A stretch of DNA of 60,755 nt, filler included, from Hausera hauseri (GCA_046269625.1; 12 parts of 12 records of this genome joined end to end with filler, not necessarily neighbours in it), one strand, 5' to 3'. Counted from the whole stretch's first letter, positions 22,556-34,967 are shown. Numbers and translations: made by a program. Notes: generated by a model not told the origin, from the letters alone.

Positions 22556-24713
22556 AGATCATATCTTCTCTATTAATTGTGGTATGGTTAATAGTTGTAG
22601 CTCGTGCATGATTATTAATTTATGTATCGGATTCTTTAAGCAAACTGATCGTATTCCGCACCTGTAATTCCAGGCTTTAATCAATTCATGCATGGGGTTA
22701 TACCATGAGAGTTTTATTCCTGATACATTCATAATTTCATCAAATATTCTTAAGCCAGAACTATAAATCATTCTTTCGTTCTCGTACTTTTCTCTAAAAG
22801 ACTTACCTTCAATTATTGCTTCCTTAGCTAGCTGACATCGAAAGCTAGTGATTAGCAATAGATTATCTTTCATTGGATGAATATTGGGGTTGTAATTCGA
22901 TTCTTTTTGATATTGTTCAAAATATTTCTTATACATGTCAATGTAAAATGATATGAGTTCTTTTCTTAGATGGACAGACAAACTCCATAGATAATTTGCG
23001 TATTGAATACTTTGGTGAATATCCCAGCCGTTTTTTTGACGAGAAGTTATCTCGTTTTGATACATTTCTAGTTTACCATTTCTGTTCGGATTGAGTCGTT
23101 TAATACTTTCTTTCTATTCCAACTGCATTACATGTTTGTCTATGGTCATTAATCATAATTCTTTTATCTGGGGCTTGATCAAGCGTAGTTACAGGGTTTC
23201 TATTATTCAAAGGTAAGTGAGTTACTCGATTAGCGACGGTATATAATTCGTATTCCTCCGTTGATAATTCGTGTCGTTTTCTGCGAAGCTTATTTATATG
23301 ACGAAATATTGGAACGACTTCGTTAACAGTCAAATATGGGTGATCTGTCACTGATTCTACCCCTTGGGCGATTAATGCTACGATTATTTGTGTCTCTTCC
23401 GAGAGTACATCAAAAGGAGAATAAATTTCTTCTTTTATATAATTGATTATGTCTTCATTTTGAGTTATTAACTGTAAATAGTGTTGATTAAGTTTCAGAT
23501 ATTTAGCATAAATAGCCAAGTTTAACTGAACTGACATATTTAGATCCAACCACCCCTCATCTTGTTCAAATCCTCTAACGAAAACTTGTCGTTCTCTTTA
23601 TCTTCTTGTATTCTTTTACGTTCATAACTCTCTATTTGCCGAGATAACGGTAGGTGTGTATATATGGTAGAGCTTTGAGATTTATTCACTTCTAATTGTT
23701 TAATGCAGTACTTATCTTTGTGATCAATATTTTCATGCTCGAGTGACAAGGATTTATTTGTCGCTATCTCCTTTAATTGTGCCGTAGTTTGACGTTTTAT
23801 TAATTTTGTTTTGATAGTTGGGACTTCTTCTAATACAGTATGTCCTTCAATCGGAGTAGTATCCTCATCGCTAGTTGATTGTTTAGTTGTTCTCATATGG
23901 AACATTAGATTAATCAATATTATCAGTATTCACCAAGTCAACGAACTTTCTGGTATATTTTTTGATATCGTTGGAGCGGCTTCTGCTGTTCCAAACAATA
24001 TAAATGGAATGATGAGTAATATTAATATTGGGTAAGTTAATCCGATACCAATTGTATTGAACTGGTTACTATTAATTGATATCTGTTCATATATTTCTTT
24101 TTCTTCATTAATATTCGAAATGCTTTCCTCAGTAGGTTCAGTTTTATTCATGTCGGTATTAATACCACTAATTACCTGATTGTTAGGGTTATTACTTCTA
24201 ACTGCCGACCAGAAAGCGTCATTCTCCTCCTTGAAACGTTTATCCGTGTATTCCTCCATCTTGGATAATTTTTTATTATAGTGTAACCCTAAGATTTGCT
24301 TGTCAAAAGCATTTGATTCTCGGAGACTCCTTATCCTAACCGCTGTTGTTTCTTTATTATTACCCATCCTTTGTCTGCAAGTGCTTATTATTCTTTTTCT
24401 TTCTTCTTTAAATGGTCTAGCTATTTCATTATTATCAGGTAGTTCGCAAAATATTATATGATACCGTACGGCATTTAATTTACCAGAAAATTCACTTGCA
24501 CTTACAGTATCAAATTTATGTATATCCATATAATCCTCTGGGGTTAATATGATGTTCTCATCTCGTTCTATATAATCATTCCATACTATCCGTGCTTCGC
24601 CTTCCTCAAATAGTTTAATATCTTCTCGAATAAGATCATCCTTTATAGCCATAAGTGTGTAAATCATCCAGCAGTTAATCGCATAAGTTTTAAACTGGGA
24701 ATTAATATTTAAC

Positions 24714-24813
24714 NNNNNNNNNNNNNNNNNNNNNNNNNNNNNNNNNNNNNNNNNNNNTTAATTAATTAANNNNNNNNNNNNNNNNNNNNNNNNNNNNNNN
24801 NNNNNNNNNNNNN
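24714..24813. other. artificial contig linker
   Basis: N44-TTAATTAATTAA-N44. Confidence 0.99.
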
Positions 24814-26330
24814 ACGCTTTTACAGAATCAGAAATCAAAAATAAGCGAGAGTTTGTACAGAAATGGCAGAGGGACGTAATTATTGAACTAAGCGATTATC
24901 ATCAGAAACGATTCATCAATTATATCGAATTAGGCGATTTACTGAAAATTATTCAGTATGCCTGTGGAAACGGAATAGGGTTTCGAACTACCCAGATAAA
25001 AGAAATACAACCAAAATTGAAAGAAATTCGAGAAAACGTACAAAGAACGAACACAGCCCTAGTAGACTACGGACTTCCAGATATTGGGAATGAACCAGAA
25101 TGGAATGCTTATTTAGAAACAATAACAGCCGAAAATCGCATATCTCCGGTATATCTAAATGAAATAGAAATGTACCTGCAGAACAGGAAATTTAACGTGG
25201 AGATGCTCCTGAACTCAGCGTTAACCGAAAATGATTTGATTGAATTAATTAATGTAAATGTTACTGAAAATAAGCTCAGACAACGCATTTTGACTTTGAC
25301 TAAATTATGCAGCGAAAACATAATTTACAACACCTTGCCGAAACTTTTAATAAAGAAGTATGCGAAAATTTGGAAAGATAAACCTGAGATAACGATGAAA
25401 ATAAGGATATCATCTGAATAGATGAATGAAAAATAATGTGAGTAACCACTCATTCCTACATAAAGGACGTAATAAAATGGTTATTATATAATGGCGGAAC
25501 AAATGAGCTAAATTATAGATTTTACTTTAGAGGGAGAATACTCGACGATTTAGAAAAGTTAATAAATTTCGGAATTATCCCCGATGAAACAAACCGGATA
25601 GTAGTAATAATATCCAATGAACAGACGAAAGAAGAAGCCACGCGAAAAGCTAAAACGGAACAATATGTAGGGCAAATCATGAAAGTACGAGATGCCGCAA
25701 TGTATTTCGAGTATTTACAGATAGATGAAGACAAGGAACAATATGACAAGAATCTAGTGCCATTAAGTAGAATGTTGACCAATGTCCCGAGACGAAACGT
25801 CCAGTCGGTAGACCGAGGAAAGCCAGAGAAGAAGTTGACTATAATGGAAAATTGATTAAGGATTTGAGGCAAATGTCGATTTCTACCCTTAACGCAGACA
25901 ATGAGGAGTTAAACGAGTTAGTGAAAAATTTAATACGTATCGTAAATTATTCAAGTCTTCGCGGAGATACATTAGACGAGAAAGAAAAAGCGATATTTAA
26001 CGCAGCTAGGACAGTGAGAAGTTTGCGTTTTAAGCTGTCAAAAAGTAGCTTAACTGACGACGCAGTAGTTGAGAAAATTATGGTGGAGAATATGACAGAA
26101 GAGCTAAGAAAAGTATTATTGTACTTGGCGATCAAGACAAGTCCAAATCGAGAGGATGAACTAAATTGAGCTACAAGCTTGGCACGAAAAGAAGCTAGAA
26201 AACTTCCGTGTAAAGTAAATTGACCAAAATTATTCGACAAGAAAGAAGACAAAAAGAATAGTAGTAACGGACTCGGAGATATTATACGGAATTTAACGAC
26301 AACAGAAAATAACAACAGAAAGAATGAATC
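24814..26330 (+). pseudogene. degraded helical polyprotein region upstream of the glycoprotein
   Basis: Frame open from the contig start (KREFVQKWQRDVIIEL...PEWNAYLETI); contains motifs resembling those of the 14442-24713 polyprotein. Confidence 0.5.
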
Positions 26331-26339
26331 AAATTGGTT

Positions 26340-28681
26340 AATCAGCTTACAACCATAATGATGCTAATGAAACAGATGGGTGCTGTTACTGTCTACGATT
26401 GCGATAGATGTAAGCTTGGACAAAAATATTCACTAATGGATTTCGAAGCATGCGAAGATGCCAGACCACACAAATTGGAAACAAAGGGGAAGAGTTATTT
26501 CCTATATTAACAACAAGAGTTAATGTCCTTGGATAGCATGGAATGTATGCTAAGACAATCTCGTAGTATTTTCCACTGTAGATTAATGCATGGACATTCC
26601 TCAATAATTAAACCAACAATCCCTCCAATTCCAATGAATTTGGAAAGACAACATTGCAAGCAAGCCCGAGAAACCGGAAGACTAAAATGGGACAGTATAA
26701 AACTAGAAATGCAGCCCGGAAAGATAATCTTAGCATACAAGATAATAGTTGGAAGGCTCGATATGAATAACGGACACTGCAGCGGAGAGGAATACGACAC
26801 CGGAAAAGGATTAGAAGCGAACTTAGTAGTAGGGGACTTTTATGAATCAGAAATGCGAGTACAGAAAGTGATTTTCCATAGCCTTACTAAGCTATATACC
26901 GAGAATCAAAAATGTCACATACAAGACGAAACCTGTACTTTCAGAAGCTCTATCGTCATATGAGAACCGCTCGTTGAAAAGGCTGTAATTTTATTAAGAT
27001 TAAGGAATTGAAGTTTAATAAAACTACTGTGACACGATACTTAGACAAATCCGATATCAGTTCAAGAACACCTACGATATTAATCTCTGATCAGCATGGA
27101 TTGAAATTCATAAAGAAAAGGAATGATTTCACGTTGTGAAGTAGTAATGTTCACCACTAACTATGTAGCCTTTGTCGTCGCAGAAACGGAGGTAAACGCG
27201 AAAACATATAACTTAGATACTCAAAACGTTCGAATCGAATATTACCTAAAAAACCGAGATGATTATTTCTATTATAAAGGGCAAGTCGGAATATCCGAAT
27301 TATACCATAAAATGATAACTAATGATTGCAAATTGGATACGGAAATTATGAGGACAAAATTAGCTCTTATTTATGCGAACCCTAAGTTAGACTCATCGAT
27401 TATTCCAATGAGAGAAGGAATCTTCGGCCGAGTTACTGTCGAGATTCTACCGACATGAGTGCGAGAAGAGATGTACCAATTAATGTCGCAGAAAAACGAT
27501 GTATACAAGAACTCCCCGTGATCTATCAAAACACTCCACGCCTAGCCATGCCCCTCACCAGGGTGTTGCTAAACAACGCAACATAACCTACAATCTTAAA
27601 GAATTGTAAAATAAGTTTGGGTGAACGAAACGGATTGGGTTAGCTTAACTAATGTAGGTGTCACTATCATTCATAAAAAACTAACTGGAACTAATTTAAC
27701 AAAAGGAATTACTGATGACAAGTTTCAGAATACATCTCAAAAAGGTATTTATAGGCTTAAAGAAATCGACGCTTTTCGGCAATTTCTCGCTTTTCCACGG
27801 CAGCCAACACACGAACTAAACCGAGCTATGGCATCAGTAGTAGACGATACCCGTTATCAGGCCAAATGGGAATCCCTGCTTGGTGCAAACCATTACCAAC
27901 GGGTAGCCACGGAAATACTCTACAAAATATGGGGAAAGTTTTTAATCTTTGGACAAGCTGCATCTGGATTTTTAGCAATCGATTTCTTGGTACAACTAGT
28001 AAAAGCGGTAATCCAAGCGGTTATAAACGGGTACGAAATATCACGCTAACAGGATTTTCCTGCAAGATCTTAATCGCAATTATCACGCCTTTCGGCAAAA
28101 TGCTTAAAGCATATGAAAAAAATCGATGGAAAAATGAAGTTGAACACCATGTCGGCTACCATAATTATAAACGACGAGCAAGATCCACAGTTCTATTGAA
28201 ACGCAAAGCTAAGAAATCAATGACACGAAGAGATAACTCCGATGATGACGAGCCTAAGGGAGGAGAAGCAATCCTCAGACAAAATAGACACAGAATGTAT
28301 TCAGTGATTAAGGCACAGTTACCCATCATGCAACCGACAGCTCCAATATATGAAGAGTGCGACAGAACATCTATTGTATCATACAAATCGGAAACTCATC
28401 GCAAACCCTTCAGCTATGAAGACCCTTATAAGGGAACAAAACAATATGGAGTATTAAAGAAAATGAAAATCACTAATCAGAGACGAGCGGAAGATGACCA
28501 TAAAATATTATACTCACCAAGAATAGCTCGTAATATAGAGTCAAGATCGACAGTTTGGGGAATACAAGGAATGAAAACGCCCCAAAATCCATTAGCACCA
28601 GAACCATTAATTAGAAACAATGCAAATAGCATAGCGATTAATGACTTATATCTTAACGAAGAACTGAAACAGTTGATCTAA
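26340..28681 (+). pseudogene. chuvirus-like (Jingchuvirales-type, class III/gB-like) envelope glycoprotein with long cytoplasmic tail
   Basis: Signal-like LTTIMMLMKQMGA then VTVYDC...YSLMDFEAC; CMLRQSRSIFHC..HGHSS...QHCKQARETG; IVGRLDMNNGHCSG; ELYHKMITNDCKLDTEIMRTKLALIYANP...GIFGRVTVEIL; GIYRLKEIDAFRQFLAFP; KIWGKFLIFGQAASGFLAI...INGYEI(fs)TGFSCKILIAI. Motif order follows chuviral G consensus as I recall it. Confidence 0.8.
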
Positions 28682-28750
28682 AATATCATTTAATCACCAG
28701 AAATAACGATAAACGAACATAAGATTTCTTCAGTTAAGCGACCAAAGGAC

Positions 28751-29554
28751 GTGTCAAGTTGTTATGGAACAGTTATGGAAGGGAGACCCTTCACAAAAGT
28801 TACCATTGAAGATAGGGAAGTCTATGCCTTAATCGACACTGGATCAGAGAAATCGTTTATCAAATTAGAATCAATACCGCCGATACTACGGAAACAATTG
28901 CAGCCAGCATCGTCGTCAGATCCAGGTAGCATAGGAGCTTTCGGGCAGGAATCCAAACCGAAATTTAAGTGGAGTCCCTTAGTTCAGTTAATGTATCAAA
29001 TTCTTCGACACGCGTTTGCCGTAATGGATCAGCTAACCGATGATGTAGCATTAGGTTGCGATATACTGAAACAATTACCTAATATCGCAATAAATTTATA
29101 TACTGGAAAACTACTGGAACTTGAACCAGTGAAAGGTATTAAAACAATAAAAGAAAGGAAACTAGGAGAGGTATGGATTCCCGTCGACGAAAATATTCCG
29201 CCCAGAACCGAAATGTTAATTTGTGCTCAAATCCGTGAAGAGGACGACCAACCAGTATACTTTGAACCACAAGACGTTAATCGAAATATCATACTTAGTA
29301 ACGTTTTGACAAGAGCAATGACAGGAAGGGTACCAGTCAGATTAGTGAATAATGCACCGACTTACGTACAATTATATGCCAATACCACCTTGGGTCATAC
29401 TTATAAGGTATCGGCAATAATAATCGAAGAAAAAACAAATATGCTGAATTTCCACCTCATGTTGAAACTAAGTTTTCAGCAGAAGCATATTGCCAATTTT
29501 ACGAATTATTATGCAAATATAAGTCGATTATTGCTCAAAATGAAGAAAATATAG
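28751..29554 (+). CDS. Ty3/gypsy aspartic protease plus degenerate dUTPase-like spacer (fragment of pol)
   Basis: VYALIDTGSEKSFI ... DVALGCDIL; then IPPRTEMLI...VPVRLVN...LYANTTLG. Confidence 0.85.
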   Translation: MSSCYGTVMEGRPFTKVTIEDREVYALIDTGSEKSFIKLESIPPILRKQLQPASSSDPGSIGAFGQESKPKFKWSPLVQLMYQILRHAFAVMDQLTDDVALGCDILKQLPNIAINLYTGKLLELEPVKGIKTIKERKLGEVWIPVDENIPPRTEMLICAQIREEDDQPVYFEPQDVNRNIILSNVLTRAMTGRVPVRLVNNAPTYVQLYANTTLGHTYKVSAIIIEEKTNMLNFHLMLKLSFQQKHIANFTNYYANISRLLLKMKKI

Positions 29555-29579
29555 GTAGAGCAAGAACATTAAAACTAAC

Positions 29580-30104
29580 CATTCCATTAAAAAAGAAACC
29601 TGGCTCCAACGACGAAATTGATCTGGAAGAGCAAAAGATGCCAAAATGGTACCCACCGCCTCATTCATTAAGGTCCTAAATAACTAAAGAAGTAAAACGT
29701 ATGTTGAAGGTTGACATAATACGACCAAGCTACCTATTTTCGTATTCACCAATACTCATGGTCAAGAAAAAGTGTACCACCAAACATCGATTCTGTATAG
29801 ATTACAGAGCCCTAAACACGCTTATGATGAAGGACTCATTCCCACTACCGTCAGTAAAGGAAACATTAGACAGATTATCAGGAACAAAATGGTTTACCAC
29901 ACTAGACTTACAATCAGGATATTGGCAAGTAGAAATTGAAGACGATCGTTATAAAACAGCAATTAAGACGCACGACGAAGTTTACGAATTTAACGTCATG
30001 CCGTTCGGTATAACAACCGGCCCAGCCATCTTCACCAGAATGATGAATAAGATGTTAATGGGACTAGATCACGCGTTCGCCTATTTAGACGATGTAATGA
30101 TAGC
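29580..30104 (+). mobile_element. Ty3/gypsy reverse transcriptase (truncated by contig end)
   Basis: HRFCIDYRALN..MKDSFPLP..ETLDRLSGTKWFTTLDLQSGYWQV...YEFNVMPFGITTGPAIFTRMM...AFAYLDDVMI (YLDD). Confidence 0.95.
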
Positions 30105-30204
30105 NNNNNNNNNNNNNNNNNNNNNNNNNNNNNNNNNNNNNNNNNNNNTTAATTAATTAANNNNNNNNNNNNNNNNNNNNNNNNNNNNNNNNNNNNNNNN
30201 NNNN
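30105..30204. other. artificial contig linker
   Basis: N44-TTAATTAATTAA-N44. Confidence 0.99.
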
Positions 30205-31149
30205 AACTTTTTCCTCTTTTTGACCGACTTTCACACTTTTCCCAAACATGCGAACCAAATGCTTCCTACATTATTCGAACGCCCATACTCTACTCTACAT
30301 TTTCTCTTATCCATCCCTAATCAAATTTTGCTACTGGAAAAAGTTCGTTTTTTTCTTTTGCATTGCCCGGCTTTCTCTTTTGCGACACAGGAAATCTCAC
30401 CGCACAACTGAACTCGCCGTTGTCGAAATGACAAAAGAGCATGCGAGCCGCTTGTGATTGGTCAATTGGTGCGTGGGTGGACCCCACCTCTAAATATTAC
30501 CCGCATATTACGTATTACATATATATTATATTACTGCTTTTTACTAATTGCGAAAAAATGTAAGTACAATTTCGATTTTCTTTCATATTATTGTATATTT
30601 CAAGAACTTTTCGGTAAATATACCTATTACTTTCGATAAAGAATGTATCTTTGTTTAAATTACTTACTAGTGTACATAATCAAAAAATTGTACGTTTTAA
30701 CAATTTTAATAAAAATTTATGATCCCATTTAATTTAACAATATATTGTACAATTTTGTTAACAGAGCGAATTGGAAATTACAAAATTCGTCTTATTTTTT
30801 GATGTTTTGGGAAACGGTCCTTAGTCGGTTAGCTAATATTCATTAAATAAAACATCATAATTTGTGTGGTTTCCAATCGGGGTATAACTTATGCCAATAG
30901 TACCAACCATAAAAAATTGACATCCAGAACTTAGAAATTTCCTATTAAGAGTAAATATAATTTGCATATTTGAATTCACCATTACCGTCCTATACAGAAT
31001 TTCATCAAAATCTGCGTTGTCGTATTTTTCGTATTGGCTTGATGAAATGGTTGAAAATATTGAAAATATATTTGAAAATGATACTGAAAATGTGAAAACT
31101 TAGAATTTCTATCGTTGGTTTCCACCGGTATCAGTGCAACAACAGTTCT

Positions 31150-32260
31150 GGGTCTTTCAATATTGGAAAATTGAAGCAATTGAACTATTTTGTTAAATTG
31201 AAGGATCTTCTAACAGAGATAGAAAATCTTAATTCACTCGAACTAATATCATTTGACATGTCTGGTTCGGAAAAGTTGACAATGCAATTACCTGCATCGG
31301 TTAAAAGGAATTCCTGCGTCAAAAAAAAGAAAAGAGATTTCAGTATTGACAAAAGTGAACAATTTAAGCTTTCTACTTGTGATTTGTCTTATGATGATCC
31401 TTTAGTGGCGGGTATAGTCCATATGTTCGGCCTTATCGTTTTTTTCAAAAATGGTGGAGACGTTATACGCTGCTCGGCGAAGGCCGGAATGGATATGTTT
31501 GGTTTAGCTGAAAAAAGAATAGGAATGCAATGAGAATGCACTCTAATGGATTGTTTATTTTGCCTCATTTGGCATGCGTCCAGACGAATTCTATACCAGC
31601 TATACGGATAGAGTGTACAACATGAACGAATGTCATTTTTATTGAGATAACAATAATGTGGTTGTTTTATGGATGTAGAGATTGGGTCAAACCATATGCT
31701 GATTTCAAATTGAGAGGGTTATAGCTATGTGGTGTGGAAATTCGTGCACGGAGGTTGTTATTTGAGATTGATACTGGAAACCTCAATATTATCTTCAAGG
31801 AATTGAGCAATAAAAGGGTTACGCGAAAATACATCGGAAGTTTCTAATATGTTTATCTCTCGGTAAGTAGGAAGGTGAAAAATCATATTTGGCTCCCAAA
31901 GGATGGTATTGGTATTGTTTACTTGCAATGTTATATAGTACGTGTAAGTCCTAACGTAATTGACAGAGCAGCAAGTTCTAGTATGTTTTTCAAGGATAGT
32001 ACATACAGAGGAGAGATTATGTTGCTATATAAAGACAAAGTTAACCGTGTGGTGTCTCATTAGCTGTAGATGGGTTTAAAGGCACATACTGGGTTTATGC
32101 GTTTCTATACTGATAATCGTAGTTCGTGCAATCAATCCAGTTTGTAGGGTAGTCGTGGTGTTTCGATTAATGTCAGCGATCGTAATAGGTATTAAGAGCT
32201 CGAGGGAAAGGGGAATAAAAATACCCAAATATATATTAAAAGTGAAGTAAACAGGGCAAT
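31150..32260 (-). pseudogene. post-integrase ORF: signal-like segment + two C-x9-CC FN3-like domains
   Basis: Continues the integrase C-terminal frame: FTFNIYLGIFIPLSLELLIPITIA; HKPSMCL*; VCTILEKHTRTCCSVNYVRTYTYYITL; YCYLNKNDIRSCCTLYPYSWYRIRL; scattered stops. Confidence 0.55.
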
Positions 32261-32299
32261 GTTCTGAGCTTCTCTTCTGGTAAATTTTGCACAATGCCG

Positions 32300-33498
32300 C
32301 TATTTTGGGTTCGTCCGTTTTGGTTATTCCTGGCTTTATTTCGTGTATAAAATCGTTGTATGGAGTAGGAGCGCAAGTTACTCGTTGAACAGACACAGCC
32401 TCGTATTTATCTGGCCCTTTCTGAACAAAAAGTGTTTGTGGGTGTACATCGACAACTTTGTACGATACTTCACATGTATGTGTTAATTTTAATGATTTGC
32501 CTTTCTTCACCACGGAGTACTGAATTATGATGTAATCCCCAATTTTATACGTATGTAGTCACGCCTTCTTGTTAAATTGCTTTTTATATCCGGCTTTACA
32601 GTTCTGTTCAAACTCTTTTGCTTCTCGTTGAAAATATTCGAGTCGCTTGAGCAAATTCTGTTATTGTTCATCCATATGATCATTGGTAAACAAGGGTGAT
32701 TGTAATAATTTCGTACGTAATGGTAGAAAAGATAGACGTCCAAACATTAATTCAAAAGGGGAATGATTGGTACTTTTGGTAGGTGTAGTGTTGATTGAGA
32801 AAGCTGTAGTTTTCAAATGATTGTGCCAATCTTTGTAGAAAGAATACCCTGAATGGTACGATTCATCCTTTTGATCATACAGTTACATTGAGGATGGTAT
32901 GATGTCGTCAATAAATGTTTGCATTGGAATATTTTTGATAATTTTTCAAAGAATTCGCTAATGAAATAGGGTGAAGGATCAGTTAGCAGCTGTTTCGAGG
33001 TACCCAATACGGCAATAATTTCATAGAAAAAGGCTTCAGCGACGGTACTACTAGTCATGTTTTTCAATGGTACCTGTACAACGTAGCGAGTGAAGTAGTC
33101 AACAAGTGAAAGTATATATTTGTATTTTGAATCCGAAGCTGGGAATGGCCCAGAGATATCCATTGCGCACATTTCCATTGGATTACGAGCTTAAAGTAAG
33201 CTTCCTAAAACGGTTTGATACGATGTCCTCTATCTTTCCTTGTAGCGCACATTTTGCATGAACGTACCCATCCTTCAATATGTTTATTTATTTGAGGCCA
33301 ATAATATTTAGCAGTTATACGCTTCAAAGTCTTATTTAAAGACGGATGGTCAGCTAAGTGTGAATTATGTTCTTGTAGCATGACGGCTTTGATGGCCGGT
33401 GCAGACACCATAACCAGTTTTCGTTCCTCGATTCCTAATCGTAAAATGCCGTCTTCGATTTCTAAATTCGCTCGGTTCTTGTCATAAAACTTTTGCAT
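32300..33498 (-). mobile_element. Ty3/gypsy integrase (H2C2 zinc finger, core, C-terminal domain), degraded
   Basis: EHNSHLADHP...KYYWPQINKHIEGWVRSCKMCATRK; AMDISGPFP...KYILSLVDYFTRY...LLTDPSPYF...TTSYHPQCN. Confidence 0.92.
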
Positions 33499-33532
33499 GT
33501 GATTTGATGCGAGTCAACTAACTGTCCATTGA

Positions 33533-34357
33533 TTAGTTGCTTACTTGAACAATAAAGAGATCTTGGTTTTGTAAAATCTCGACATTTTGTACTTGGATTT
33601 GGTGTTGTTCTTGTAACATATCGTTAATTATTTTCTCATTCCAATGTTTGTCACTCTCGTTATCTAATGATTTATAGGCTGCGGCTACTATTCTTTCGTA
33701 TGGCATTTTTAAAAGTGCGTCGGCATCCATGATTTCTTTGCTAGGACGATATCGATACTCGAGATCATAATTTAAGTTCCAACTTCCATCCGAACGTAGG
33801 GATAGCAGCGCCTTGTGGTCGGTAAATATTATAATCTTATGGCCGTAGACATAATATTCGTAATGTCGCAATCCATTTCGGATGGCTAATAGCTCTAGTT
33901 CAGTAGTTGAGTATTTCCGTTTTGCATTATTCAAGCTACGTCCGCCGTAGGCGATTACATGTTCCGTTGCTTCTTCTGGATTTTGCTGAGCTAATATAAA
34001 ACCAATAGCTTTTATGTTACCATTAGTCTTCAAAATGAACGGTAATGAAAAATCCGGGTACCTCAATATTGGGGCTGACACCATTCGTTTTTTTATTTTA
34101 TCGAATGCGTTTTGGTTCTCTTCGGTCCATTCCCATTTTTGATCTTTTTGTAATAACCTATATTGAGACTGATTAATTTCTGCAAAATTGGGGATGAAGG
34201 TAGCATAAAATCCTCCAAATTCTAACCAGACTTTCATTTCATGAGCACTGGTTGGAGATGTATTCCAGTATTTTAGTTATTAACTCAGGGCTGGTTGATA
34301 TCCCTTTACTGGAAACGACAAATCCCAGGTATCTAACCTCCTTATACCATTCGCATT
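33533..34357 (-). mobile_element. Ty3/gypsy RT C-terminus/tether and RNase H, degraded
   Basis: FIPNFAEI...WEWTEENQNAFDKIK..MVSAPILRYPDFSLPFILKT...VIAYGGRSL...YSTTELELLAI...FTDHKAL. Confidence 0.92.
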
Positions 34358-34457
34358 NNNNNNNNNNNNNNNNNNNNNNNNNNNNNNNNNNNNNNNNNNN
34401 NTTAATTAATTAANNNNNNNNNNNNNNNNNNNNNNNNNNNNNNNNNNNNNNNNNNNN
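34358..34457. other. artificial contig linker
   Basis: N44-TTAATTAATTAA-N44. Confidence 0.99.
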
Positions 34458-34967
34458 GACATTAGTCCGAACCGATCTGGTGAGTTCGGCCACTATATAA
34501 TTACGATCATATCCGGCCATCCACATCAGTGGAGTGATATCAGCAGTAGTTAGGCCACCTGTGTGTGTGGGTACTACCACACTACGCGTTCTCGTCAGGG
34601 CCAGGAAAAAACATACTGGCCAAGACCTTCCAACATATTCTTGTAGTCCGTCCTGGAAACAGAAGCAATTCTGGCCAACGTTGGAAGGACCGCCCACAGT
34701 CCCCATGTTGAGAAGTGGATCACTCCTAGGAGGCCAAGCATCGCCCTGAAACCTGGAGGAAACCGGTCCACCGTACTAGACTCCACTGGTACAGAAGGAA
34801 TGCTCAACGAAACCCCACCTAAGCCCTTCTTAAAACAACAGCCCTTATTAGGGCTCATCACAAGAGCTGACGCTCGACAATGAAGAGATCAAACAACAAC
34901 AATTTTTTCTGTGTCAATTGGGTATGTTTAAAAATATTGATTGAGGTAGGGAAGAAAACTGCTCTTC

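Larger units (their letters stand above)
14442..24713 (-). pseudogene. giant (>=3,400 codon) multi-membrane polyprotein ORF, open at both contig ends, interrupted by 6 single in-frame stops and one compensated frameshift
   Basis: Eight of the nine long minus-strand ORFs share one frame and coding sense continues across each stop; no introns; internal domain duplications. Confidence 0.75.

Noticed and set aside
14442-24713. Alternative genetic code (TGA=Trp) or programmed readthrough explaining the in-frame stops
   Set aside because: Both TGA and TAA occur, Trp is normally TGG throughout the 1640-aa ORF, and frameshifts are also present; random decay is simpler
24600-24900. Divergent gene pair / physical continuity between the giant ORF and the G-pol contig
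   Set aside because: They are separated by an artificial linker and both frames run off the contig ends; only motif similarity links them
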